NCBI GenBank assembly: GCA_001600695.1
Contig: BCKQ01000016.1
Location: 55,151-119,150 of the forward strand
Direction: 5' to 3'
DNA: 64,000 nt
DNA from: Ascoidea asiatica JCM 7603
Lineage: Eukaryota > Fungi > Ascomycota
Shown: positions 36,113-47,991 of the stretch, piece by piece
How the letters are laid out: every line of letters starts with the position of its first letter
Position numbering within the stretch: the stretch's first letter is position 1
Position numbers and translations under genes: made by a program
The notes under the pieces: generated by a model
Told to the model about the DNA's origin: nothing
Database searches by the model: none
Seen by the model: the letters and a program-made list of their open reading frames with translations, nothing else

Positions 36113-38908
36113 TTTCTAAATGTAAAATATCTATATCTATATTTATGGTTATATTTAAATAAATATCAATATTGATATTAAATATTTTGATAATATAGTA
36201 TTATATAATATAGTATAATATAATATAATATAATTTAATATTGTTTAATATAATAGAATAACGTCAAAGAAATTCCAAAGAGAATAAAACAATAAAAGAA
36301 AATAAAATAGAATAAAAGAAAAGAAAAGAAAAGAAAAGAAAAGAGAAATTAAAAATGAAAATGAAATATAGAGAAGAAATTATATTGTTTTTATATTAAA
36401 TTATTTTACAAAATGGCTACTATATACTTAACTATGAAGTTTTAGCTAATTGATATCAGTAATGTTAGTAAAGTAATGCTCGCTAATTTTAATATGGGGG
36501 ACAGATAGAAAACAAAAGGAAATGTAATGAAAATGAAAATGAAAAGGAATGAGCAAAAAATAGTGAAAAGTGATTAAATTAAGCTCAGAATTAAATTCTC
36601 AGTGAATTCTCAGAGAAAGCAAAGAAAGCTAAGAAAGCTAAGAAAGCAGTCGAGAATCGGTGATGAATAATAACAAATAATTGATAAAAGGTGATGGGCC
36701 TGGGAGTGAAAGTGAAAGTGAAAGTGAAAGTGGGTGTGAGCCTGGGAGTGAAGCTGAGACTGACGGGTGATCGGCACGCGCGCAACTGACCAAGCGCAAG
36801 TCTAGCGCAAGTCAAACACACAACCTAGCACTGAACCTAGTTGGTGAGCGAAAGCGCCGGCTGCTGGACTGCGTGCCTGTGCCCGTCCACCTCTTGAACA
36901 TTGAGAAGTGGCGCAGATTTTGCGATAGAGCCAGGGAATACTGGAAACTGAGTGTGGTTTTTGAGGCTGGTGCGCGTATAAAAAAAGTATGTGGCGCTGT
37001 TTTGGGAACTTTCTCAGGGCCGCTTCTCACAAGTTGGCAGCAGGTGAGGCATCTAGCACGGAATACTGAAGACACACACTTCGGCTACTGAATAGTTAAA
37101 GTAAAATTTAGTAGGCGAGAAATGATTCTTTTTTTGTTTATCTCAGCCTTCAGTGAAAAATTTTTATTTTTTGAAATTTTTTTTCTATGTTTTATGTTTT
37201 ATGTTTTATGTTCTATGTTTTATTTTAAAGTAGGTAAAATTCAATTACTCTTCGAGCTTTGTTAGCGAATTTTTTCTTTGATGCACAGTCAAGGTATATT
37301 TACCTTAAGTAATTATATTATTTTATCACAGTACTGTATTACCAGTAGTACAAAATTATTATTTTATTTTATTTTATTTTTAATATATTATTATTATTAT
37401 ATTATATTATGATATCATTTGAAAAAACAACTGTATTTTGGATTATGTTTTGATTGAATTTCAATTGTACGTTTTTGCAGCTTTGTTGGTGAGAGAATTG
37501 AAGAATCTAATCCAAGTGAAAAAAATAAAAATTTTCCATTTTCAAATGAAATAGAAATACAAGTAAAATCATTAAAAGCAAAAAGAAAAGTAACAGAAAA
37601 AGTAATTGAAATCAGTCCCAAACATATCCATTTTGGTAAACAGTTTGTATACAAATGTGGAGGTGCTCTGTTTCCCTAGTGTAACCAGGCTTTGGATCCT
37701 CCGGATTTCACTTCTCACCTTTCACTTTTCACTTTTCACTTTACCACCGTATCCTCATTCTCATTCTCATTCTCGTTCATTTTCATTTGCACTTTCACTT
37801 CCACTTTCACACTAACTTTACTTAAACAATCACATCTTATCGTAACCTTTTAGATGTTTTATGAAGTTATACAATTTCAACGTGTCTTGAAAATCTCTTG
37901 AAAATCTATTGAAAATCATTTACGTGAACAATATTGCTTTAATAACTTTAGAATATGTTACTATTTCATTAAAATTTCCCAAGTTTATCTCGTGGAGTGA
38001 TGTTTCAGAAGTCTTTTTTCTTATTTTTTTATCTTTTATTCTTTTATTCTTTTACATTTATCTTTATTTTCCTACAATTTTTTTACCCCGTATTTCGCTT
38101 TTTCCCCATTTCTGTTTTTCTACTTTTGTTGAATTTTATAAAGATACAAGGATCAATTCTCATTTAATAACTACTAATATAAAAAACACATGCTGTATCA
38201 AAATGAATCGAATTTACCAACAATTGAAATAAGAAATTTACAGAGTTTAGATCCTTAGCAGGCATTAATCAATCTTTTTCAAAATCTAAATATTGTGAGT
38301 GGTGTATAGTAGCAATTACTAATTTCTATTTGTTCATGAATAACTATTACCTCACTTTCACGACCAGCAATCAAATATCACTAGAAGATAATGGATTATT
38401 TACAATTTCAATTTTATTTTCTCTTTATTCCTATTTTTAACTCTAGATTATGATTACTGTACCAGTATTAGCTTTTTACTGTAACGTTAATATTCCTTTT
38501 TTTTCTGCGCTTTGTCAAAATATTTCCACTTTGTTGAAAAACCTTATCAGCTACATATCCAAGTTAATATATGTATCATAGTGTCTCTCCCTGCCCGCAA
38601 AATGTCAACTGTGAGCTGTCACTTTGTGTTCAGTGAATTCTGTTATCGGTTTTTTATTGTGATAACTGTAATCTGTGCCTCGACTAACACGAATTAAATC
38701 AATTTCTGAAATTTAAACTTACGCGAAATTAACCTAATTTAACTTAATCTATTAATTAATCTATCAATTAACTAATTAATTAATCTATTTCAAGTAATCA
38801 CAAACACAAATGAACAATAAAATTGTGATTAATAAAACTTATTCCAATTACAATCTGATTACAATCTTATTCTAATCTTATTCTAATCTTAATCTAATCT
38901 TCTTACTA

Positions 38909-40453
38909 TTATTTCTCTCTTCTTTTGAGCATTTCTCTTACTTTTCTTTCTAGTTTATTCTCTGTTCTGACTCTTTCCAAATCAACATCATTTCTGACTT
39001 CTGCTTCTGTTTCTTCCTCGTCTTCTTCCCTATTGTTTTCTTTTTCTTCTTTGCCATTTCTTCCTCTGTTTATTATTATGTTATTGTTGTTATTCATCTT
39101 CATTTTCACTTGTAATTCGTAGTTGTACTTCTCATTCATCATAATTCCAATATCCCTTAAATATTCGTCTTTACAATTATAAATTAATATGCAATCATTC
39201 ATCAATTCATGAATTTTATCATTTATTCTCCTCTCATTACCAATTTCATTACCAATTTCATTACCAATTTCATTTTCTTCACTTTTCTCCAGCAAAACCA
39301 ATTCAATAGGATAATGTAATAAATATGTTAAAACCTCACTGAAATCGTCACATTCAATAATTAATTTCTCTTTAATTCTTATTATCATCATGATTATGAC
39401 ATAATTCATTAATTTACTTATATCGTAATTGAAACAAATTAATTTATCCCAGATCTTATTAATATATTTCAATTTGAATTCTCTGATTAGTATTAATCTC
39501 ATAAATCTTATCAACCAAATACTTGACTCAATTTTAAACTTTATTATTAGTAAATAATATAAATTAAAATCAATTTTCTTTAACATTATTTCAAATCTCT
39601 TACAATTCTTCAAAAATTCAACCTCATTATAATATTTTTGCTGTGGATAAATCATAAGATTTATAAAAATCTGAAACGTGTCGCTGATAATCTCCTTTTT
39701 GTCATATATCTTTGAGATTACATCTCCATTTGTTAATGTTGCTTCTTCCTCCTCTTCAGAGTTGCATTCCATATAAAACTCATAATAAATCAATCCACAA
39801 ATCTCATGCATTCCTTGTTTGTATCCAATATTCTCATTCAATTTGTACCAAACATACAATATTTCTATGATTCCCTTTTTAACCTCGTGTCTTTTGAATA
39901 GTTCAACTCCTGGAAATAATCTTTCAACATCCATGATTATACTTTCCAAAGTATTCAAATCTTTTTTCATTTCTTTGTTTTCTTTAACCTCATTGCTTTT
40001 ATTTTCATATTGCACCAATGGATCATTTTCTTTATTTACTTCTTTTTTATTCAATTTCATTTTCTTACCTTTGAAATTATTAGCTCCATTGCTATTTCTA
40101 TTGTTAATTCCAACTCCAGTATTACTTTCGGTATCACTCTCAGTATTATTCTCATTATCTTTGATTTCATAATAATATTTTGAGTCTTTTGACAATTTTC
40201 CATATAATGGTTTAAATTGTTCACTTAGTATCTTATATCCATTTCTGATTTCTTTTATTATATCTTCCCATCTATTTGTATCAAGTGTATTAAATACTAT
40301 CATAACTTTCCATAATAGTGTTCTTGTGAATATTTCTTTATTTGATGAATTATATTCTCCACAGATCACTCCTGTCTTTAAATCTTTTATATCTTTATAT
40401 TTATTTATTGTCTTTCTACCACATTCAATATAATTTATTTTTCTTTTATCCAT
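38909..40453 (-). CDS. TBC-domain Rab GAP, Gyp6/TBC1D5-like
   Basis: RTLLWK, NDPL, I.MDVERLFP (R finger), GYKQGMHEI (Q finger), WLIRFMRLILIREF, IWD, LLHYP. Confidence 0.85.
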   Translation of the reverse strand: MDKRKINYIECGRKTINKYKDIKDLKTGVICGEYNSSNKEIFTRTLLWKVMIVFNTLDTNRWEDIIKEIRNGYKILSEQFKPLYGKLSKDSKYYYEIKDNENNTESDTESNTGVGINNRNSNGANNFKGKKMKLNKKEVNKENDPLVQYENKSNEVKENKEMKKDLNTLESIIMDVERLFPGVELFKRHEVKKGIIEILYVWYKLNENIGYKQGMHEICGLIYYEFYMECNSEEEEEATLTNGDVISKIYDKKEIISDTFQIFINLMIYPQQKYYNEVEFLKNCKRFEIMLKKIDFNLYYLLIIKFKIESSIWLIRFMRLILIREFKLKYINKIWDKLICFNYDISKLMNYVIIMMIIRIKEKLIIECDDFSEVLTYLLHYPIELVLLEKSEENEIGNEIGNEIGNERRINDKIHELMNDCILIYNCKDEYLRDIGIMMNEKYNYELQVKMKMNNNNNIIINRGRNGKEEKENNREEDEEETEAEVRNDVDLERVRTENKLERKVREMLKRREK

Positions 40454-41833
40454 TCTAATATTCTATTAAACTCACTCATACTATTATAGGATATTATGAT
40501 ATTATATGATATTATTGCTTATTAAATGAAATCAAATATTGAAATCAAATATTGTAGTGATAATAATAAGCATTTATCACATATTATTTATTTTTCGTCA
40601 GTCCCGCAAATAATATAATGCCACCTATCTAAAGTATGAAAAATATTACTGTAAATAAGAATATTTTGAAATTAAATTATTCTTTTTAACCGCTTAAGAA
40701 TTAAATTTTTTAACAAAATCAAATAAATAAAACTTACATAAATTTATTTACCTATTCTTTTACTTCATTATCATTTTATAATTCTAATGATTATTATAAA
40801 ATTTTATATAAAGTTATTTACACCAAAGAAGAAATTTAACCTTTTTTCAAAACAATATAATAATGAAATAATGATTCAATTACTTTTATCTATTAAAAAT
40901 ACTGTATATACTGTATATTAAATAAAACTTATAAATTCTTCTAAAATTATATATTGGTTTGTATAATACCATAGTTTATCTTCAAATAAAACAAAGTTCA
41001 AGCTGAATAAAAACAATAATCCAGAGTATCCTTTAGTGAAATTTTTGACTAAACTCCTTGATTAATATACTTGCACTACATTTTTTTAATAACTAGCAGA
41101 ATTAAGTAACAATGAAGTTAAAAAAACTCAAAAAATGTTAAAATAACTAAATAACCAGAGCTGCGAGACTGAAATATGCAATGAATTCATTAAAATAAAA
41201 AAATAGCGAAAATCACAAAAAAAAAACAAAATGAATGTTTGCGTATATGAATGAGAAACATCAATAAAAAATGACTAGATAAGTAAATAGTTGAAAATAA
41301 AAAAAATATGTGAGCAATTTTTAATAATGGATTTATTAGTTGAATAAAATTTCTAAAATTGAGTGAATAATTGGATAGCAACTTTTTTTAAGATAATTAA
41401 ATTGATAAAAAAAAGAATATTTCAAAAATTATAAAAAAAAAAAATGTTATAGTAAAGTATAATAATTAGTAAGACAAGTAAAATTGTATTATCAGAAACT
41501 GAGAAGAAAATAAATCAGAGAAAATAGAAAATAGAAAGTAGAGTAAGAAAACAGAAAGAAATAATTAAATAATAGAATAATAAAATAAAATAATAAACTA
41601 AAAGAAATAAAGTTAAATGCATTAAGTCTTTTGAAAGCTATCGAAGTCCTTTTGAGAATCTTCAATTCTTTTTTTTTTTTAAGTCTTTTTGAAGTCTTTG
41701 AATTTTTTTTGTTTTTTTGTTTTTTTTTCGGGATGTTTTTTTATGTCTTTTGAATCTTTTCAAATCTTTGCAGGTTTTTTGAAGTCTTTTTTAAGTCATC
41801 TTAAATTAAATAAGTGAATAATTTTTTTAGTAT

Positions 41834-42835
41834 TCATTTAGTAGTGATAGAATGTAAAGAATTAAATTTAGTTTCTAAAGCTTTGATTTTTTCTTTTAAT
41901 TTTTCATTTTCATAAGTTAGTAAACCAATTTCTATATCCTTTTCTTTTGACTTACCAAAGCTTAACATTTTATTTAATTGAATGTTTTCTTCAGTTAATA
42001 ATTTTAGTCTAATAATAATTTTATGAGCAATATTTTCTTCATCATAAGTACCAAATTTAGTTGTTGAAGATAACTTATTATTTGGATTTAAAGAAATAGC
42101 GGTCAATAAAGATTCTAAATTCAATTTAGTTTCATTCAATTCTTTTTCTTTAATTTGTAAATTCTCAATTAATTTTTGGAAAATTAATTTTAAATGATTT
42201 GGAACTTCAATATAATTATTATCCATGATTGATTTATTAATTAGTTTAAAAGATAAATCATCCATATCATGATTATTATATTTATTATTGTCATCTTTAT
42301 TTTCATTTTTATTATCATCTTTACCTTTATTGTTATCGTTATAATTTATATTGTTATTTGACATGATTATTGATAAAAAATTTTGAGAATTTATTGAATG
42401 ATTATATTCTTTCAATTTTTGAATTTCTTGTTTCAAAAACTCAATTTGATTTTCTTTCATTCTTAAACTAACTTTAAATTTCTGCTCTTCAGAAGGATCT
42501 AAAGATATATTTATATTATTATTATTAGTAGTAGTATTACTAGCATTATTATGCTTATTATTTTTCCAATAAGAATTAAAGGCAATATTATTCGAGTTAA
42601 TAGAGTTATTTATGGAATTATTAAGTGAAGTTGAATTAGTTGAATTATTTAAATTATTTAAATTTGAGTCAATATCATTAGTTTTGATTGAATTTAAAGA
42701 AGTTTGAATAGAACCATTGTTATTATTGGAGTTATTATTAATGATATTATTATTTGATTTTTCCAAGGAAAAAGTTGAAGCTGATTGATTCGATAATAGT
42801 TTATCCTCATTTTTTTGAAAACTATAGTAGTTCAT
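41834..42835 (-). CDS. MUM2: m6A methyltransferase (MIS) complex subunit Mum2 (WTAP-like)
   Basis: First ATG at 42835. Coiled coil and C-terminal IAHKIIIRL..LTEEN.QL.KMLSFGKSKE..IEIGLL..EN. Confidence 0.8.
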   Translation of the reverse strand: MNYYSFQKNEDKLLSNQSASTFSLEKSNNNIINNNSNNNNGSIQTSLNSIKTNDIDSNLNNLNNSTNSTSLNNSINNSINSNNIAFNSYWKNNKHNNASNTTTNNNNINISLDPSEEQKFKVSLRMKENQIEFLKQEIQKLKEYNHSINSQNFLSIIMSNNNINYNDNNKGKDDNKNENKDDNNKYNNHDMDDLSFKLINKSIMDNNYIEVPNHLKLIFQKLIENLQIKEKELNETKLNLESLLTAISLNPNNKLSSTTKFGTYDEENIAHKIIIRLKLLTEENIQLNKMLSFGKSKEKDIEIGLLTYENEKLKEKIKALETKFNSLHSITTK

Positions 42836-43489
42836 TATTGAGATTGCAGTTAATATTTGTGAATAATTGTTTGAATAAAAGTAATAAGTAAGGATACGAT
42901 GAACAATCAAACAATCAAACAATCAAACAATCAAAGGATTTAAATGATTGAAGATTATTAAATCTGATATAAGTTGATATTATGTGATATATATTATATT
43001 TGATATATTATATTCGATATCTATTATTTGGTATATTCTGTATCTTCTCCTGGACATACTTTTTGTTTTAGCTCAGAGCTCTTGAAATGAGAAAAAGAAA
43101 ACAAACGCCAAACCAGAACAGGAAAAAGAATCTTCCTTTCAAAACCCACCACAAAACTTCTTGCCTTTTCAAAGTTCTTCGGAAACAAACCGAAGTTTCT
43201 CAAAGCATCCTTCTGCATTCTACAAACTCCAGTTAAACAAACCCGCAGACGTCTGCAGAACAAGAGACATCGTCCTGTCTTGTATATCGGGGCTATTAGT
43301 TCTAAATATAGGGACAAGCAGGCAAGCTTCCTAAGTGACTACAAGTGTTAATTATTTTTCTAGGTAACCATTATCTTTAAAGTCTGAAAAAAAATGCAGA
43401 AATTTTTGGGTTGTGATCACCTGATAGACACGTAATTGATTTTAAATTTATTTTTACTATTCGAAAATTTGACTTTTTACTCTAATAAA

Positions 43490-43495
43490 ACGCGT
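43490..43495. promoter_or_regulatory. MCB element (ACGCGT) upstream of PRI1
   Basis: Perfect ACGCGT about 215 bp upstream of a DNA-replication gene, in AT-rich context. Confidence 0.65.
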
Positions 43496-43708
43496 AAAAA
43501 TGGTTTAAATGATTTCATATATTGTGAGGCTACTTGTAATATATTTGAATTGGTTAAAATTATTTTAGAGACTTTTTAATAATATAGTCAAGGTGAAAAA
43601 AAAAATTAATCAAAGATAATTGACATAGATTCAAGAAAGAGTCAGTAGTTCTTTGCTAATAAATATATTGAATTGTTTATTTATTGACTTCCTAAAGGAT
43701 ATAATAGA

Positions 43709-45178
43709 ATGACTTATCAAAGTGATGAAAATAATGAAGATGATTTTGAATTGATTTCAGAAGCTAAAAGTGAAATTAAACCTGATATCAAACAAAATCT
43801 TAAGCCTGATGTTGATTTCGATATTGATTTTGATTCTGATATTGAAGTAAAAGATAAGAAAATGGATTCAACTACAGTTAAAGTAACATCTAATAAACCT
43901 TCATCATCTGATATGTTATATTATTATGAAAAACTTTTCCCATTTCAAGAAATATTTACATGGTTATCCCATTCAAAAAAACCAACATCTTCATTTACAA
44001 TGAGAGAATTTGCATTTGAATATAGATCTGGTGCTTATCAACGTTATAATTCTTTTAAAGATAATATTGATTTCAAAAATGAAGTTATAAAAGCAAATCC
44101 AACCCGTTTTGAGATTGGTCCAGTTTATTCAATTAATCCTAAGCAAAGGAAATCATTACCAAAATCAGCTTTAAAACCATTGGAAAAAGAATTAGCTTTC
44201 GATATTGATTTAACAGATTATGATGCAATTAGAACGTGTTGTTCTGGTACTAGTATTTGTAGAAAATGTTGGAAATTTATTACTATTGCTTCAAAAATTA
44301 TAGACTCTTCACTTAGAGAAGATTTTGGTTTTAAACATTTAATATGGGTATTTTCTGGTAGAAGAGGTGCTCATTGTTGGGTTACTGATAAAAAAGCAAG
44401 ATTTTTAACAGAATCAAAAAGACGTGCAATTGTTGAATATTTAGATGTATTAAAAACAAAAACAAATGGTAAAAGACTTAATCTTCTAAGACCTTTACAT
44501 CCTCATATTCAAAGATCTTTTGATATTTTGAAAGACTATTTTGAAGAAATTATTTTAGATGATCAAGATTCTTGGAGAGATGATAAAACTGCTTTATCAA
44601 TGATTCAAGAAATCCCGGATAAAGATTTGATTGAAGCATTAAAGAAAAAATGGATGGATAATCCAAATTCCTCAAGTCGAAGTAAATGGTCTGATATTAA
44701 TGAAGTTTTCAAAACTGGAGTATCAAAAAGGTTAAAAAGTTCTACGTTAATAATTGCTAAAGAAGATATAATATTATCGGCAATGTATCCGAGATTAGAT
44801 GTTGAAGTTTCTAGACAATTAATTCATCTTTTAAAATCACCATTTTGCATTCATCCAAGTACAGGAAATATTTGTGTACCTTTTGAACCAAATAAAGGGT
44901 TTGATCCATTAAGTTGTCCCACATTAAAATTATTACAAAATGAAATGGAAAAATATCATGATAATATTGAAGCTTCATTTAAAATTATAAATGCAAATGA
45001 ATGGAAATTAACTTCATTAAAACCTTATGTCGAATTATTTGATAATATGGTGGATGAACTATTACTAGATGAAGATGAACATAAGCATGAGTATAGAAAT
45101 GAAAATGAAAATGAAAATGAATATGAAAATGAATATGAAAGTGGTTTAGAAAATAAAAAAAGAAAAAGAGATATATAG
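43709..45178 (+). CDS. PRI1: DNA primase small (catalytic) subunit
   Basis: YY..LFPF, REFAF, P.RFEIGPVY, KELAFDIDLTDYD.IRTCC, WVFSGRRGAHCW, YPRLDVEVS...HLLKSPFCIHP.TG. Confidence 0.97.
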   Translation: MTYQSDENNEDDFELISEAKSEIKPDIKQNLKPDVDFDIDFDSDIEVKDKKMDSTTVKVTSNKPSSSDMLYYYEKLFPFQEIFTWLSHSKKPTSSFTMREFAFEYRSGAYQRYNSFKDNIDFKNEVIKANPTRFEIGPVYSINPKQRKSLPKSALKPLEKELAFDIDLTDYDAIRTCCSGTSICRKCWKFITIASKIIDSSLREDFGFKHLIWVFSGRRGAHCWVTDKKARFLTESKRRAIVEYLDVLKTKTNGKRLNLLRPLHPHIQRSFDILKDYFEEIILDDQDSWRDDKTALSMIQEIPDKDLIEALKKKWMDNPNSSSRSKWSDINEVFKTGVSKRLKSSTLIIAKEDIILSAMYPRLDVEVSRQLIHLLKSPFCIHPSTGNICVPFEPNKGFDPLSCPTLKLLQNEMEKYHDNIEASFKIINANEWKLTSLKPYVELFDNMVDELLLDEDEHKHEYRNENENENEYENEYESGLENKKRKRDI

Positions 45179-45184
45179 AAAAAA

Positions 45185-46105
45185 TTAGAAACTACTCCAT
45201 TTAAATAAAGTTTCATTAGGATTGATTAATTCTCTTTCATTAAAGGATAAAATATAATTGTTTTTAGAATCAGTAGCAGCTTTTTGACATAAAAAAGAGA
45301 AAAAATCATTAAATTTAAAGCCAGAATCTTTTAATAGAAGAATAGCTTTATTTAAATCATTAGAATTTGAATTATTTTGATCATTAATTATATCAGTTTC
45401 ATTATATCGTTTTAAGATTTCCTCTTCACATATTTTATCAGAATATATACGAATTTTATCAGGTAAAGTATTATAATTATTTTTGAATTTAGTAATTATT
45501 GCAGCAATACTATTTGATACATCACTTAAAGTTGAAATTGCAAATTTTAAATCTTTTGGATCAATAAAAGAAATTAAATCATCTACTTGATTAAATTGTT
45601 TTAAATTATTGATATTATTAAAATGATCTTTAGTTGAAGCACAAAAGGATGTTATTAGATCAATAGTTTTAATACCAAAAGATCTGGAAATTGATGAATG
45701 TATTTGCTTTGCTTTTATATTTTTTTCACCAATTGAAATTTGAGAAGGTATATATAATTTAATCTTATTTTTATATAGTAATTGAAGTATAAACTTTTGA
45801 GATAGAAAAGAAGAATTTGATAAATTTATTAAAACATCCACATTTTTCAAAGAATCTGAAAATCTAAATGGCTTTTCATTAGCTTTTAAAAGATCATTTT
45901 TAATAAAATTTTGATTTTGATTTTGATTTTGATTTTGATTTTGATATTGATATTTTAGAATATCAGGGTCTCCTGTAAGACATATAATGGGAAGATTTAT
46001 ATCATTTTTGAATTTTTCTGAAATTAAAGTAGTTATGACTGGTTTAAATAATATTCCTTTTATACCATAAATTGCAACAGTTGGATTAACTGAAGAATCA
46101 GACAT
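45185..46105 (-). CDS. NmrA/isoflavone-reductase-like (Cip1-like) atypical SDR, divergent
   Basis: VAIYGIKGILFKPVI.TL.S..F...I.LPI..LT.DP, L..VDVLINL, KLYIPSQ, and C-terminal ELINP.E.LFKW. Confidence 0.65.
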   Translation of the reverse strand: MSDSSVNPTVAIYGIKGILFKPVITTLISEKFKNDINLPIICLTGDPDILKYQYQNQNQNQNQNQNFIKNDLLKANEKPFRFSDSLKNVDVLINLSNSSFLSQKFILQLLYKNKIKLYIPSQISIGEKNIKAKQIHSSISRSFGIKTIDLITSFCASTKDHFNNINNLKQFNQVDDLISFIDPKDLKFAISTLSDVSNSIAAIITKFKNNYNTLPDKIRIYSDKICEEEILKRYNETDIINDQNNSNSNDLNKAILLLKDSGFKFNDFFSFLCQKAATDSKNNYILSFNERELINPNETLFKWSSF

Positions 46106-46940
46106 TTAAAAGGAAAAAATAAATCCAAATCAATGGGGATATGGTTCAATATTTATAGTTTAAGGTTTTACTCTATATTTATAAATTCATATATTTGGAT
46201 AATTATATATATTGATGTATTACTGTATTAATATACTGACTGATATATTCATTATTGTTCATAACTCATTAGCATCTTTATATAATCATTATCATCTTTT
46301 TTTATAAACATATCAGAATATTTATATTGAAAATATGAATATGGCGAATAAGTGAAATAATTAGTAATGTTAGTAAGTCACTGTAATACACAATGATTAC
46401 TGATAATCGTAATCGTAATCATAATCATAATCATAATCATAATCACAATCATTATTCATTGATTCGGCTTGATAAGCTGTTGAACCACCTTAACGCCAAC
46501 TGCAGGTCTCGGAGTGCTTAGTAATGGCAGCGCCAGGCCTTTCTTCTTCTACTGGATTAATTTTTTCCGTGAAAAATGGATAAAATTCCACCGTGGTAAA
46601 AGTATCAAGTCACATGACACGTTTAAACCAGATCCGGTTTTAAGGTACTTCTTATCACGTGGCCTTTGCTATTTGGCTCTGCTTTTCCAGCGAATGAAAT
46701 CCCGCACAGAGCTCCTCCAGAGCTTCTTTAGGGTGACAATACTCTTCGTGCTAGAAGTACTGTTAGTGGTGGTTGAAGTCTTCCTTTGCCTAAGCTGGAA
46801 ATCAAAACTCGAATCTATTCAAATTCAAAACCAATTGATTTATATACATCATATAAAATAAAAATATTTATTCACTATCAAGAGATATAGTTTTGTATTT
46901 AGAATTCACTTTTAACAACAAGAATTTAAGTATACTGAAA

Positions 46941-47297
46941 ATGTTTTCTTCTGTCAGATCTTCTGTTCTTCGTTTTACTACAAAAAATTTACAATCTTCA
47001 AGAAGTTTTTCATCAACTATTGTGAAAAAAAATTTAATTCAAGATATTTATGTTAAAGAATTAAGAAATTTCACACCAACTACATTAACTGCTGCTGAAA
47101 TTGGAACCAGTGCTAAAGCTTTCAAAGCTCCAACTTCTCCTGCTATTCCTTCAGTTGAATTAAATTTAGAATCTGATTTAGATACTTATGTTAAACAAGA
47201 AGTAGAAACTGAATCTTCTTCTCCAAGTGATGCTTCTTTAGAATCTGCCTCTGGAGATTGGTTTGTATTAGAAGAAATTCACGATACTCATCACTAA
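46941..47297 (+). CDS. ATP14: Mitochondrial ATP synthase subunit h
   Basis: ATG at 46941; Arg/Ser-rich presequence; NLIQDIYVKELRNF.P; C-terminal DWFV.EE...HH; CCAAT at 46831. Confidence 0.9.
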   Translation: MFSSVRSSVLRFTTKNLQSSRSFSSTIVKKNLIQDIYVKELRNFTPTTLTAAEIGTSAKAFKAPTSPAIPSVELNLESDLDTYVKQEVETESSSPSDASLESASGDWFVLEEIHDTHH

Positions 47298-47991
47298 AAT
47301 CTCATTCATCAATAATAAGTACATTATAAATACCTTATAAATACTATAAATACATTATAAGTAAAATTTAAATAAAAATTAAATAAATTATATATTCTTC
47401 TAGTCAAAATTTATCAAATTTATATCATTCGCTATTACTCTTATTATTTTTCGTTTTTTTTACTCTCACTTGTAATTACAATATTATAATTGTTTATTTT
47501 ATTTAAAACCACTAACGTATACTGAGATGTATAATATCATTTATAAAAATCAACTATCAACAATCAATTATGAAAATCAATTATAAAAATTATGTAAAAA
47601 AAAATCTTTGAAAAACGTTATAAAAAAATCTCAAGCATAAAGACCTTAATTAAAAAGATCTCAATTAAAAAAAATGATTAGAAAAAAAATTGATTAAAAA
47701 AAAAGTTGAATATCAATTATTCTTATTTGCAATTGAAAAATTAAAGAAGTAAACAATATACTGTATATAAGATAAGTAAATTCTAATTTTACTTCTTTCT
47801 TTCTTTTATCTATAGATAATCTAATTGTATGAGCTCACTTTCACTTCAAAGTTAAGCTTATGTTTATATTTATGTTTATATTTATATTTATATTTATATT
47901 TGGACTTGAGTTTATGTTTATATTAATGTTGATTGAAGAAATATTGTATTTAATCTGAAATAATAGTTAATATATTAAGATTTAATTCAAT

